From the IMG/VR virus record IMGVR_UViG_3300023179_005186, positions 248,001 through 312,000 of that record: a DNA stretch of 64,000 bases. One strand, 5' to 3'. The position numbers and the translations under genes are program-made. Below the pieces are notes generated by a model, which was given only the letters and a program-made list of their open reading frames with translations, did not search any database and had not been told where the DNA came from. Of the stretch, positions 1 to 10,897 are shown one piece after another. Position 1 is the first letter of the stretch; each line of letters opens with the position of its first letter.

Positions 1-154
1 GATTTTCAGGATTAGATAATCTTTTAGATTTATCATCTAAACCTTTAGTTCTAATTTTATCATATTTTGTTATAGATTGTAAATCTTGTGTTTTTTCAGA
101 ATTTAAAATTGTTTGATTATAGTTATTTAAATAATTATTTTGATATGATTGCAT
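1..154 (-). CDS. Hypothetical protein, 5' part only (runs off the window)
   Basis: ATG at 154; frame MQSYQNNYLNNYNQTILNSEKTQDLQ... stays open to position 1 (translated by hand). Confidence 0.55.
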   Translation of the reverse strand, partial: MQSYQNNYLNNYNQTILNSEKTQDLQSITKYDKIRTKGLDDKSKRLSNPEN

Positions 155-263
155 TAAAACTTTTATTATAAATATATATTTTCAAATAGTTAAATTTAAT
201 TTATTACATTTTAAATTTCAATCAAACTAATCTTAAATTTTTTTATACTAAGATTATATATAA

Positions 264-1457
264 ATGATTTATAAACGAACTTTAATAATGATATTGACAA
301 TAATATATTTAATAATTTATTATTATTTTACATTTATTGTTGAATATAGTAATAAAAATTATCAAAATAGTTATGAATTAGAATATACTAAAAATTTATT
401 AAATCAAGAAGAAAATTTATTTATTAAAGATATTCAAAATAATAAAAATTTTATTAATATAGAAAATGAATCTGATTCAAAAATACTAGATTTATTATCA
501 AATACAACTTTAAAAAATACAACTTTACCAGAAATGCTAAATACTAAAATAAATTCAGATGGTTCTGATATAGTAACTTATAAATATAAACCTTCAAATA
601 ATTTAATAGAGGTATTTGATAATACAGATAAAATTAAACCCTTATATCCAGAAATTAAAACTCCTAGATATATTTGGGTTTATTGGGAAAATATTAATAG
701 ATCAAAATATCCTACACATATAAAATTATGTTTAGATACAATGAAAAAACATTTAGATGCAAAATATAAATTAAAAATACTAAATGAAAAAACAATTAAA
801 GAATACTTGCCAAATATTAGAAATGACTTTGATAATTTAATGGTAGCACAAAAAGTAGACTATTATCGCATAGCATTATTATATAAATATGGAGGTATAT
901 GGTTAGATGCAGATATTATTATTATGAAAGATTTAGAACCTATATTTAAAAAGTTAGATCAAGGTTATGATTATGTTGGTTTTGGTTGTACAGGTGCTCA
1001 GTGTTCTTATGGTAAATTTAGACCATCTAATTGGGTATTAGGTGCAAGACCTCAAAGTGTACTAATGGAGTTAATTTTAAATAAATTAGATGAAAAATTA
1101 AATTCTCGTGATAAAAATCAAGATCAAGGAGATGATTCCTATCATGATTATGGTAAAATGGTATTATGGGAAGCATTAGATGATTTAAAATCAAAATCAT
1201 ATGATTATTATCATTTTTCATCAGAATATGATGGAACAAGAGATACAAATAAAAATTGGGTTCATACACCTAATTTTTTTCTTACTGATCCAACTAAATT
1301 ACTGGATGAATCTAAAGTATTATTTATTGTATTATACAATTCCGAAATTTCCAATAATAGTCTTTTACATTGGATAAGAGATTGTGATGATTCTAAATTA
1401 TTATATTCAAATATTTGGTTAGGACATTTATATAGAAAAGCGTTAGGTTTAATATAA
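264..1457 (+). CDS. Membrane-anchored GT32/capsular polysaccharide synthesis-type glycosyltransferase
   Basis: N-terminal TM helix; IWVYW, QKVDYYRIALLYKYGGIWLDAD (DxD). Confidence 0.85.
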   Translation: MIYKRTLIMILTIIYLIIYYYFTFIVEYSNKNYQNSYELEYTKNLLNQEENLFIKDIQNNKNFINIENESDSKILDLLSNTTLKNTTLPEMLNTKINSDGSDIVTYKYKPSNNLIEVFDNTDKIKPLYPEIKTPRYIWVYWENINRSKYPTHIKLCLDTMKKHLDAKYKLKILNEKTIKEYLPNIRNDFDNLMVAQKVDYYRIALLYKYGGIWLDADIIIMKDLEPIFKKLDQGYDYVGFGCTGAQCSYGKFRPSNWVLGARPQSVLMELILNKLDEKLNSRDKNQDQGDDSYHDYGKMVLWEALDDLKSKSYDYYHFSSEYDGTRDTNKNWVHTPNFFLTDPTKLLDESKVLFIVLYNSEISNNSLLHWIRDCDDSKLLYSNIWLGHLYRKALGLI

Positions 1458-1589
1458 AAAATTTTTTTATATAGTTATTATAAGTAGTTAATTTTTGGAA
1501 TAATTTTTATTATTCTATTGTTGATAATTTGTTAAAAATTTTATTAACAAATTATAATTTATTTATTAATATTATAATTATAAAATTAT

Positions 1590-4043
1590 ATGGAAAATAA
1601 TATAGAACCAAAAGAAGTAATTAATTACAATATATATTTAAATATAATATATAAGAATTTAAATTATAATGGATTAGTTGAGATTTTATTTATAACTAAA
1701 TTAGCAAGTGATTATATTGAAGTAGATGCATATGATATAGAGATAAATAAAGTATTTATTAATAATGTAATAGTAGATTATTTTATTAATAAATCTACAC
1801 ATAAATTAAAAATATATAATAGATTTGGCATAAATTCAAAATATAAAATTCAAATATTATTTTCAAATAATTTTTCTTCAAATCAAGAAGGTTTTATGGA
1901 ATATAAATATAAGGGTATTGAATATTTTTATACAGATCCTCAACCAGATGAAATTGTTAAAATTATTCCTTGTTTTGAAAATCCTAAATATAAAGCAACA
2001 ATGAATTTGATAGTTAGATTAGATAAAGAAGTAGATTGTTTATCAAATACATATCCTAAATTAATAAAAGTTTATGATAATAATAAGATTATAACATTTA
2101 ATGAGATACCCAAAATGTCTACTTATTTAATATCGTTAGCAGTTGGTAAATTTATTAAATATTTTGATAAACCATTTATATCGTTAAAAAATAAAGAACA
2201 TAACATATATTCAATTATTAAAAAAAGTGATGAATTTATTAGTATTTTTAAAAAATACATTATTACTTGTATGAATTACTATGAAGAATATTTTGAAAGA
2301 GAATATCCACTTGATAAATTAGATATTGTTTTATTACCAAGTTTAATACCTGGTGGTATTGAAAATATTGGTTTAATATTTATGAAAGATTTATATTTTA
2401 ATTGTAATATTAGTACATTATCAATATTATGTAGAATACTTTATCATGAAATAGTTCATCAATGGATTGGTAATTTAGTAACATTATCAAGTTGGAATTA
2501 TGTTTGGTTAAATGAATCATTGACTAATTGGATAACTTGGAAAGGCTTATTTAAAACACAAAATTATGAATTATATCAATATAATTATTTGAAAACTGAA
2601 TATTTTAATGCTCAATATTATGATAGTATGTTAAATACAAGTATAATTTATATTAAAGACAAAAAAGTAAAATCTGAAAACATTTTTACACATTTAATTT
2701 ATAACAAAGGAAGTTTAATATTTAAATATGTTAATAGTTTGATGGAAGATGCCGAATTCAGAAAGTTAATTGTAAATTATATAAATAAACATGAATTTGG
2801 ATCAGTTAACCCAGAAGATTTAATAGAAGAATTTAAAAAATATGAACAAAAATTACCTTTATCACAAATTTTAATTGAACAATTAAGCTCATACGGCTTT
2901 CCATTTATTGATGTAACTTGTATAAAACAAGATAAAATATCAGAAATATTAATAAAAAAATCAAGATTTATAAATAGTTCAGATATATCAAGATCTTATA
3001 ATATACCCATATATATAAAAATAGTTTATATAAATAATTCAAATAATAAAATAACTGAATTACTTAAAATTAAAAGTGAAACTTTAAAAATAAAAATTAA
3101 TTCAAATTCTTTTTATTTAAATCCATGTAATGATTTATTATGTGTGATTAGATATAATAATTATGATCCTATTAAAGAAATGAATGAATTTGAAATTATA
3201 AAATATTTAAATGATCTTTATATTTTAATGTTAGGAAACTATATAACTTTTATAGAATATTATAATAAAATTGTGCAATACATAAAATATTTTATATTGA
3301 TACAAAATTCATACTTAATATTAAAAGAAATTATAATTCAAATATTAAAATTATTAGAAATATTTTATTATAATAACAAATATAACTATATTAAAGAGAA
3401 ATTTGAATTTATAATACCAATTCTTGATGACAAAATAAAATTATATATTATGAATGATTATAATTATAAAGAAGAGTTTTTAAATAATATATTTATACTA
3501 ATAACAATATATTATCCTATCCCAAAATACATAAAATTATTAAAAAAATTATTTGAAAAAAATAATAAGATTATTACTAGTAGTTACATAAACATAATAT
3601 ATAATTATCCAGATGAATATTTCAAAGTATTAAATTTATTTAATAATTATGAAATAGATCCAATTAACATTGTAAATACTTTTGAATTTATAAATTATGA
3701 ACAATATAAATATTTTAAAAATAATTATATTAAGCAAATGGATAAAACAATATTAAGAAATGTTTATGATAAATTATCTAAAAATAAAATATTACAACCA
3801 GAAATAGTTAAATATCTTTTATCAGAAGATTTTTATTTATTTATCAATAATAAAAAAAACTATTTTGAAATTTTATTTAGAGTTACAGCAAATATTTTTG
3901 ATTCAAAATTATTAAATGAAATAGATTACGATTTAAATCATAAATATTTAAATTCTGATTTATTAATATGGAAAGATATAATTGATATAATAAATTATAA
4001 TAAATTTATTAACAACTGGATAAAAAATTTGTATAAAAATTAA
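1590..4043 (+). CDS. M1 family aminopeptidase
   Basis: GGIEN (GAMEN variant), HEIVHQW...WLNES zinc motif, IYNKG, PCFENP. Confidence 0.9.
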   Translation: MENNIEPKEVINYNIYLNIIYKNLNYNGLVEILFITKLASDYIEVDAYDIEINKVFINNVIVDYFINKSTHKLKIYNRFGINSKYKIQILFSNNFSSNQEGFMEYKYKGIEYFYTDPQPDEIVKIIPCFENPKYKATMNLIVRLDKEVDCLSNTYPKLIKVYDNNKIITFNEIPKMSTYLISLAVGKFIKYFDKPFISLKNKEHNIYSIIKKSDEFISIFKKYIITCMNYYEEYFEREYPLDKLDIVLLPSLIPGGIENIGLIFMKDLYFNCNISTLSILCRILYHEIVHQWIGNLVTLSSWNYVWLNESLTNWITWKGLFKTQNYELYQYNYLKTEYFNAQYYDSMLNTSIIYIKDKKVKSENIFTHLIYNKGSLIFKYVNSLMEDAEFRKLIVNYINKHEFGSVNPEDLIEEFKKYEQKLPLSQILIEQLSSYGFPFIDVTCIKQDKISEILIKKSRFINSSDISRSYNIPIYIKIVYINNSNNKITELLKIKSETLKIKINSNSFYLNPCNDLLCVIRYNNYDPIKEMNEFEIIKYLNDLYILMLGNYITFIEYYNKIVQYIKYFILIQNSYLILKEIIIQILKLLEIFYYNNKYNYIKEKFEFIIPILDDKIKLYIMNDYNYKEEFLNNIFILITIYYPIPKYIKLLKKLFEKNNKIITSSYINIIYNYPDEYFKVLNLFNNYEIDPINIVNTFEFINYEQYKYFKNNYIKQMDKTILRNVYDKLSKNKILQPEIVKYLLSEDFYLFINNKKNYFEILFRVTANIFDSKLLNEIDYDLNHKYLNSDLLIWKDIIDIINYNKFINNWIKNLYKN

Positions 4044-4441
4044 GTATTTTCATCTAATACTTTTTTAGATTGTTCATCTCTTTCAATCATTACTAATTCA
4101 ATAACTTTATTAATATTTTCAAGTATATCTTCTAAACAATGAATACCGTTATATTCTTTAATAATATTTCCATCAAAACAAAATTTAAAATGAGGGATTG
4201 AACTTATTTTAAAATCATAATATTTGGTTGAACTTACAATATCATCATGATCATCAACATCTAATTCAATAAATTGTATAAAATCATTATATTTTTGAGA
4301 TCCAATTTTTAATTGTTCATAATTATGTTTAAATTGTTCATTTTGACATGGTCCACACCATGATGCACTAAACTTAATAATAACACACTTTGTATTTTTA
4401 ATTAATATTGCCATATCTTTAGGATCTAAAATTTTATTCAT
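4040..4441 (-). CDS. Thioredoxin
   Basis: KFSASWCGPC active site; cis-Pro SSIP. Confidence 0.9.
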   Translation of the reverse strand: MNKILDPKDMAILIKNTKCVIIKFSASWCGPCQNEQFKHNYEQLKIGSQKYNDFIQFIELDVDDHDDIVSSTKYYDFKISSIPHFKFCFDGNIIKEYNGIHCLEDILENINKVIELVMIERDEQSKKVLDENT

Positions 4442-4483
4442 TTTTATTATAATTTTATAATTAATTTTATCTATAAATAATTT

Positions 4484-4909
4484 TTATTTATTTTTATACA
4501 AGAATAAGACTAATAATACAAATAAAATAATACTAATTAAGGTATTTAATTGTTCTTTACTTTTAGATTTATTAGATTCAAAGTTTTCAATTCCATTTAA
4601 TTCTCTTGTATTATATGCATCTTTAACACAAGGATTACCTCCAGCAGCTCCAAATCCACACATATATGGTTGTGTAAATATTAAAGGGTTAATTTGATCA
4701 CAAGTGCCATCAGAAACTCCCAATACACCCATATTACTGTTTACACCATATAACATTAAATTTTTAACGGGATCGTAAACAGTATTTTGATCAGAAGCAT
4801 ATTTATCTACTTTAGCACAATTAAAATGTTTAGATTGTCTACAATCCATTTTTTCATTTAAACGTTGTTCTCTTATTTTTGCATTTTCTTGTAAATAATC
4901 TGTATTCAT
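4484..4909 (-). CDS. Hypothetical Cys-containing protein with C-terminal TM helix
   Basis: ORF track; hydrophobic C-terminus; IENF motif. Confidence 0.6.
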   Translation of the reverse strand: MNTDYLQENAKIREQRLNEKMDCRQSKHFNCAKVDKYASDQNTVYDPVKNLMLYGVNSNMGVLGVSDGTCDQINPLIFTQPYMCGFGAAGGNPCVKDAYNTRELNGIENFESNKSKSKEQLNTLISIILFVLLVLFLYKNK

Positions 4910-4967
4910 ATTATATTTAAATTATAATATATCTCTATATAAAAAAAACGATTTCTAGAAAAAAATA

Positions 4968-6101
4968 TTATTTATATTTAACAAAAAATATTATATCAAT
5001 AACTAAATTTTTTGTATTAATAATTTCTACAGTTTTAATATGAGCTCTATATAAACTAGAACCAATTTGTTTTTTAAATTTTTGTATTTTTTTAAAATTT
5101 TTAAGACAAGAATTTAAAAATTTATCTTTATTATCTAATTCCTTTTCTATAACTTTATTTTCAGTATTTGATATTTCTAACCAATGACTATTTTCTGTTG
5201 TATTTATATATGCTTTAGGATCATTATAATTTCTATATAAATAACCTACTGTACATTTAGATTCACTTGATACATTAAATTTACTTAAATTTAATTTTAG
5301 TTTATCTATATTTAATTTATATATATTTTGTTCAATATTATAACCTCTTGTTGATTCTAAATAAATTTCTTTTTCTATTTTATTTAATAAAATTTTTACT
5401 AAATCTTTTTTTTTATAATTATGAATATCTATTTCTTTACTTTTTTCTTTTTTATTATCTAATTTATTTTTTATAACTTTATCATAAAATTTTTCTAATT
5501 TATTAAATTGCTTTTCTTTTGAATCAATATCTAATCTTTTTTTTTTATCTTTACTAAAAAATTGTTTAAATTCTTCATCAACGGATTCTATTTCTTTAAT
5601 ATTTTCAAATACAAGATTTTGTGAATTTTCACTATGATTTGATATAGTATCAACTAGACTAACAGATTCTTCATTAACATTTTGTTTAAATTTAGATTTT
5701 AATTCAGTATTAATTTCATTATTATTATTTTCTATTTTAGTAATATTTTGTAAATACATATTTTTAAGAATTAAAATATCTTTATTTAATCCAGATGAAT
5801 TTGTATAATTGTCAGAATTTGAAATATTATTATTAAAATTATTTTTTTCAAAAGTATTTTTATTATCTTCGCTAATATTTATAGATTTATGCTGATTAAT
5901 TTTATGTTTATCCAATTTATATTTTTTTGGATTTTTGGATTTTAAAATTTTTTTTAATTCAACAAAAACTTCTTGCTCAGAACTAATTTCATCAAGTTTA
6001 CATGAATTTTTATTATCTAATTCAATATTTTTATAATTATTATCGTCATCTTTTATCTTATTAAAAAAATCATTATATACAGGTTTAATTTCTAAATTCA
6101 T
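4968..6101 (-). CDS. Hypothetical K/N-rich protein
   Basis: 377 aa ORF, no recognised motif. Confidence 0.55.
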   Translation of the reverse strand: MNLEIKPVYNDFFNKIKDDDNNYKNIELDNKNSCKLDEISSEQEVFVELKKILKSKNPKKYKLDKHKINQHKSINISEDNKNTFEKNNFNNNISNSDNYTNSSGLNKDILILKNMYLQNITKIENNNNEINTELKSKFKQNVNEESVSLVDTISNHSENSQNLVFENIKEIESVDEEFKQFFSKDKKKRLDIDSKEKQFNKLEKFYDKVIKNKLDNKKEKSKEIDIHNYKKKDLVKILLNKIEKEIYLESTRGYNIEQNIYKLNIDKLKLNLSKFNVSSESKCTVGYLYRNYNDPKAYINTTENSHWLEISNTENKVIEKELDNKDKFLNSCLKNFKKIQKFKKQIGSSLYRAHIKTVEIINTKNLVIDIIFFVKYK

Positions 6102-6188
6102 TTATTAAATATATATTTATTTATATAAAAATTATTTCATAAATAAACTTTTTCACTTAATTAAAAAAATATTAATTTGTACAAATTA

Positions 6189-7121
6189 TTATCCTAATTT
6201 AAAAAATACAGAACCAACTCTATTTCCTTGAACTATAACATTTCCAGGAACTATAACATTGTGTCTAGGAACTATAACATTGTGTCCAGGAATTAAAAAA
6301 TGTGGTTCTATATATGGACTAGGTAAAATAAATTCTTTATTTACTTGAACTGATGTATTTTTCACTTTTTTAATTCTAATTGTAACTGGTATATCAAGTT
6401 TTTTAAGTGCAGATATATATTCTAGATAAGATTCTGAATTATTTACAGGAAATTCATCACCAGTTCTACTATTAATAATAGTGGTAATAACATGACCTAC
6501 TTTAAGTCCATTTGCTTCAGCTTCTGAACCAGGTTCTATTCTTAATATTTCAATATCTCGTTTCACAACAATACCAAATACTTTATTTAAGAAGGTTCTA
6601 TCGTAAGTATCATCTTCGTCATTGTTGGTATTAACAATATGATTAATAATATTTTGGTTGTGTGAAATTGTCAAGGTAGTAAATTCACTATTTTTTTTGG
6701 CGTTATTCCATTGATCCAAATTTGTTAAATTAACACCATTAATTTTTTTAACTTCGTCACCAATTTTAAGACCTAATAGTTCGGCTTGAGAATTTTCAAC
6801 AACTTTTATTACTTTAAATTTATTATCTACTTGAGAACCCCATAATTGACTATTATCAAAACATAATTCTTGATAATTATTATTTATAGGACTATTAATA
6901 CCTAAAATAGGAATACTTGAATTTTGATTAAAAATTTGTTTAGCTTTAACTTTGTTATTTCCCTTATCTGTATCACGAATATCATCTTTTACCGAAGATT
7001 GTAAAAATCTTACTCTTCTTTCTTCTGTAACTACGTCATTTAAATCATCAGTAGCATGACGAATTTTACCATTTACAACTTTAAAATCTGATGAAGAACC
7101 ACGACCACCACCTGCGAACAT
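6189..7121 (-). CDS. Tandem PDZ-like domain protein
   Basis: Two PDZ-like segments: VIKVVENSQAELLGLKIGDEVKKING and ILRIEPGSEAEANGLKVGHVITTI. Confidence 0.7.
   Translation of the reverse strand: MFAGGGRGSSSDFKVVNGKIRHATDDLNDVVTEERRVRFLQSSVKDDIRDTDKGNNKVKAKQIFNQNSSIPILGINSPINNNYQELCFDNSQLWGSQVDNKFKVIKVVENSQAELLGLKIGDEVKKINGVNLTNLDQWNNAKKNSEFTTLTISHNQNIINHIVNTNNDEDDTYDRTFLNKVFGIVVKRDIEILRIEPGSEAEANGLKVGHVITTIINSRTGDEFPVNNSESYLEYISALKKLDIPVTIRIKKVKNTSVQVNKEFILPSPYIEPHFLIPGHNVIVPRHNVIVPGNVIVQGNRVGSVFFKLG
6230..6292. repeat. Short coding tandem repeat (GAACTATAACATT core, 3 copies, 18-21 bp period)
   Basis: Encodes HNVIVPR-HNVIVPG-NVIVQG at the PDZ protein C-terminus. Confidence 0.75.
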
Positions 7122-7297
7122 TTTTTAAAATTACCTCTTAATTTAATTAAACACACAATAAACTTTTTTTTTAGTGGAATATAGTATAAATACTATTAAA
7201 CCTAATTTCAATATGATAGAACTTATCAATATGTTAAAAATTTCAATTTTTTTTAGTTAAATATACAATTAAATTATATGATATATATTTTATAGTA

Positions 7298-8926
7298 ATG
7301 ATAGAAGATTTTGTTTTATCAATACATAATATTATAAAGATATTAGATATTAATATAAAAAATTCACTGTTTATATCAAATGACATAACTATGGAATTAT
7401 ATATAAATTCAAAGATTTCTAGTAAAACTCTTGAAATTTATCATAAATTAAGGTTTAAGGATATATATTATATAATCAATAATCTTAAAAAAAAATTTGA
7501 ATTAATAGAATTAGATAGTAAGAATAAATTATACTTGATTAAAAAAAACAATGTTATTTCATACAAATTAGATTTGGTTAATAATATATATGTAATAAAG
7601 TTTATATATGCAGATATTAAATATTCTAATAATCATTTATCCAACATATATTTAAATTTATATGATAATTGTTTTGTTAATATAAATTCAAATGAAGAAA
7701 TAGAACAAATAAATTTAAAGTATTTAGATTATTTTGAGTTAATTACCGAAAGTATAATAGAAAGTGTTATAAATGATTTTGTAAATTTAATAGACTTGAT
7801 AAAATTATATTTTAAATATGAAAATAAATATTTCAAGTCTATTATAGAATACTTTATTAATAAAATTAATGAAGATAAAAAATTTAAAAAAAATATTAAA
7901 AGTACATATAAAGCAAATGATAATTTTGCTATAGTTTTTGAAATAATATATAAAATTCATAATAATTCAAATTTAAAAAAGTGGATAAAATTTATAAACA
8001 AGTATAAATTTTTTAATAAATTAATAAATGAAATTGATGATTTTAATACATATGGAAATGTAATAGATTCAATGGATAAATATATTATATTTTTATTAAT
8101 AAATAAATTAAAAATGATAAATAGTTCATATATAAATTATATAAATAACCTTGATATATTAAATAAAAGAAGTTTAATCGATTCGTCTGATTCATTTGAT
8201 TTAGATGATAATTTAAATAATGAAGTTAAATTAGATAATTCAATAGAATTATTAAATACAAATGAAGTATGTTATAATAATATTTTTAATGATTTTTTTG
8301 AAATACCTGAAATCAATACATCTTCTAATAACTTGGATACTTTTAAACCATCAATTTCATCATTTGATAAATTGTTTATAAACAAATTAGTGGAATATAG
8401 AAAAATTAAAAATATAGATATATTAGATAAATATCCAAAAATAAAAATAGATGATATTATTTATTTAAAAGTATGTATGCATATATTATCAATAATGTTT
8501 TTTACAGATAGTAATATAAATTATAACATAGAATATCTTAAATTAGGATATATTTATAAAACATATTGTTATATGGATAAAAGAATTATAGTAAGAATAT
8601 TTAATTTATATAGTAGTATAAAAAAAAGTTTAGAAATTGAAGATAAATTTTCATTAAATTACTTTTTTAATTTATTTGATAATAAAAAAATAAAAGAATA
8701 TGAATCAAATAAATTATTAAATTTACCAGAAGTAAAAAAAAATTTTGAATTTGAAAAAGATGTGATAGATATCATAGATTATCAGGATACATTTGGTTTA
8801 TTATATGAATATATAATAGAAAATGAATTAAATCTTGATGAATATAGTATAAAAGATTTGGATGATTTATTTGAATCACAAATATCAAATGTAAGATTCA
8901 ATAAATTAGTAGGAATAAATGATTAA
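7298..8926 (+). CDS. Hypothetical protein
   Basis: 542 aa ORF, no confident motif. Confidence 0.55.
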   Translation: MIEDFVLSIHNIIKILDINIKNSLFISNDITMELYINSKISSKTLEIYHKLRFKDIYYIINNLKKKFELIELDSKNKLYLIKKNNVISYKLDLVNNIYVIKFIYADIKYSNNHLSNIYLNLYDNCFVNINSNEEIEQINLKYLDYFELITESIIESVINDFVNLIDLIKLYFKYENKYFKSIIEYFINKINEDKKFKKNIKSTYKANDNFAIVFEIIYKIHNNSNLKKWIKFINKYKFFNKLINEIDDFNTYGNVIDSMDKYIIFLLINKLKMINSSYINYINNLDILNKRSLIDSSDSFDLDDNLNNEVKLDNSIELLNTNEVCYNNIFNDFFEIPEINTSSNNLDTFKPSISSFDKLFINKLVEYRKIKNIDILDKYPKIKIDDIIYLKVCMHILSIMFFTDSNINYNIEYLKLGYIYKTYCYMDKRIIVRIFNLYSSIKKSLEIEDKFSLNYFFNLFDNKKIKEYESNKLLNLPEVKKNFEFEKDVIDIIDYQDTFGLLYEYIIENELNLDEYSIKDLDDLFESQISNVRFNKLVGIND

Positions 8927-9753
8927 TTACAATTATTATGATCATCTCTTAAAATATTACGTTCATTAATACATGATTCTAAGACTTGATTAGGAGTACC
9001 TAATTTTTTCATATATTCATTTAATGCATTTGTATCTTTAGGAAAACATAATCCACCATAACTAATTTGACCATCAGGTCCTGGAATACTTGTATGCATA
9101 GAATTGATCCAATTATTTTCCAACATCATATTTTTAATTTTATTAAAATCACAAGAATTTTTTTCACATAATAGATATAGTTCTGTAAAGAATTGTACTT
9201 TTACTGCATAAAAACAATTACAAAAAATTTTCATACATTCAGATTCTAAAGATAAACAATCATTAATTTTAGCTTCAGGAAAATATTGATTATAAAAAAA
9301 CTTAACTTTTTCTAATTTATCATCGGAACATCTTAATCCTTTTCCCAATACAATATGTTTTTGATTATTAAAATCATCAAAAGCAGTTCTTGTTGTTAAA
9401 AATTCTGGATTATGTATAAATTCTAAATTAGAGAATGTATTTTCTAATTGATAGATAGTATTAGGTATAATTGTTGATTTTATAATAATAACACCATTAT
9501 AATTATTTTTTGATAAAAAATCACAACATTCGTTAATTGAATTTAATTCATATGATGATGTAATATTATTAAATGGAGTAGGTAAAGCTAGAAAAACTAT
9601 TTCACAATTTAGTGAATCATTAATATCACCAATACCTCCATTTTTATATTTATCATAACAAAAAAGATCAATATTTTTAGTTAGTCCTTTTGAAATAAAA
9701 CTATCAAACATAGCACTACCAACAAATCCTAGACCTATTATACAAATCTTCAT
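8923..9753 (-). CDS. UDP-glucose/GDP-mannose dehydrogenase family, short form
   Basis: IIGLGFVG Rossmann motif, LPTP, KST, NPEFL, catalytic YGGLCFPKD; ends without the C-terminal UDP-binding domain. Confidence 0.9.
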   Translation of the reverse strand: MKICIIGLGFVGSAMFDSFISKGLTKNIDLFCYDKYKNGGIGDINDSLNCEIVFLALPTPFNNITSSYELNSINECCDFLSKNNYNGVIIIKSTIIPNTIYQLENTFSNLEFIHNPEFLTTRTAFDDFNNQKHIVLGKGLRCSDDKLEKVKFFYNQYFPEAKINDCLSLESECMKIFCNCFYAVKVQFFTELYLLCEKNSCDFNKIKNMMLENNWINSMHTSIPGPDGQISYGGLCFPKDTNALNEYMKKLGTPNQVLESCINERNILRDDHNNCN

Positions 9754-9843
9754 TTATAAATATAAAAACGTTCTATAATAAATTTAATTAGATTATACGA
9801 ATATTTTTTTTTATTAAATAAATTAAATTAAATAGTTTAATAA

Positions 9844-10854
9844 ATGGAAAATCTTAATATAAAAACTATAGGTTTAAATAAAATAATTGATATTAATAAA
9901 AATTTTATTTTTAAAGTAAATAATAATTTTAAATCTAATAATGATTCAATAAAAAATAAAATTATATTAAATTCTTATAAACCAGTAATGATTCAATTTA
10001 AAATCAATACAAAATTAATAAATGAAATAACAGTTGAATATGAAGAAAAAAAATATTTATTAGAAAATATACCAATAGAAGGTATTTTAATTAATACTTA
10101 TTTAGATTTAGATAATAATTTTGAAATTTATTTAGATAATATAGACGATTGTTCAAGAATAAATTTATTTGATTTTGAAATATTAAATTATAATAAATTC
10201 AAAAAAATTAGTTGGGAAAAAATTTTTATTATAAATTTAAAAAGAAGAGTTGATAGAAAAATAGAAATTATAAATAAATTAAATAAATATTGTCTAAATA
10301 ATTATGAATTTATTGATGCAATAGATGGTAAAGAAAAAAATATATTAAATGAATATGATAAATTAAAAAATGATACTAATATTGTAAATAGTGGTCATTA
10401 TGGCTGTTTATTATCACATATCAAAGCAATAACTAGAGCAAAAAATGAAAATTTAAAATCAGTATTAATAATAGAAGATGATGTAATTTTTTCAGATGAT
10501 TTTTATTCAAAAATAAATTCTACATTAGTTCCAAAATATGATTTATTATATTTGGGTGGAATAATAGATGAGATAAAATTTTTTACATTAGGATGGGGTA
10601 AATCCACAGAAATTATGGGAGCATACGCATATATTATAAAAAAAAATATGTATGATATAGTTTTAAACTATTTAAACAAAAAAATTTATTGTGTCGATAT
10701 AGCGTATATAGAATATTTACAGAGTAGATACAATATTTTTATATTAGATGATTTAATAAAGACTAATTTAGATAGCTCAGATACTTCTGAAAAAAATAAA
10801 ATACTTGTTAAAATGCTTAAAAGAACGTGGATAAAACCAAAATTAATAGATTAA
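9844..10854 (+). CDS. GT25 family glycosyltransferase
   Basis: IINLKRRVDR, DAIDG, GCLLSH, LIIEDD. Confidence 0.85.
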   Translation: MENLNIKTIGLNKIIDINKNFIFKVNNNFKSNNDSIKNKIILNSYKPVMIQFKINTKLINEITVEYEEKKYLLENIPIEGILINTYLDLDNNFEIYLDNIDDCSRINLFDFEILNYNKFKKISWEKIFIINLKRRVDRKIEIINKLNKYCLNNYEFIDAIDGKEKNILNEYDKLKNDTNIVNSGHYGCLLSHIKAITRAKNENLKSVLIIEDDVIFSDDFYSKINSTLVPKYDLLYLGGIIDEIKFFTLGWGKSTEIMGAYAYIIKKNMYDIVLNYLNKKIYCVDIAYIEYLQSRYNIFILDDLIKTNLDSSDTSEKNKILVKMLKRTWIKPKLID

Positions 10855-10897
10855 GTAAAAAATGTTATATAAAGATATAAATTAATATATATTAAAA

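Noticed and set aside
7298-8926. Possible degenerate CCA/poly(A) polymerase-like protein
   Set aside because: Only a vague resemblance; no GG..RD, DxD or RRD motifs.
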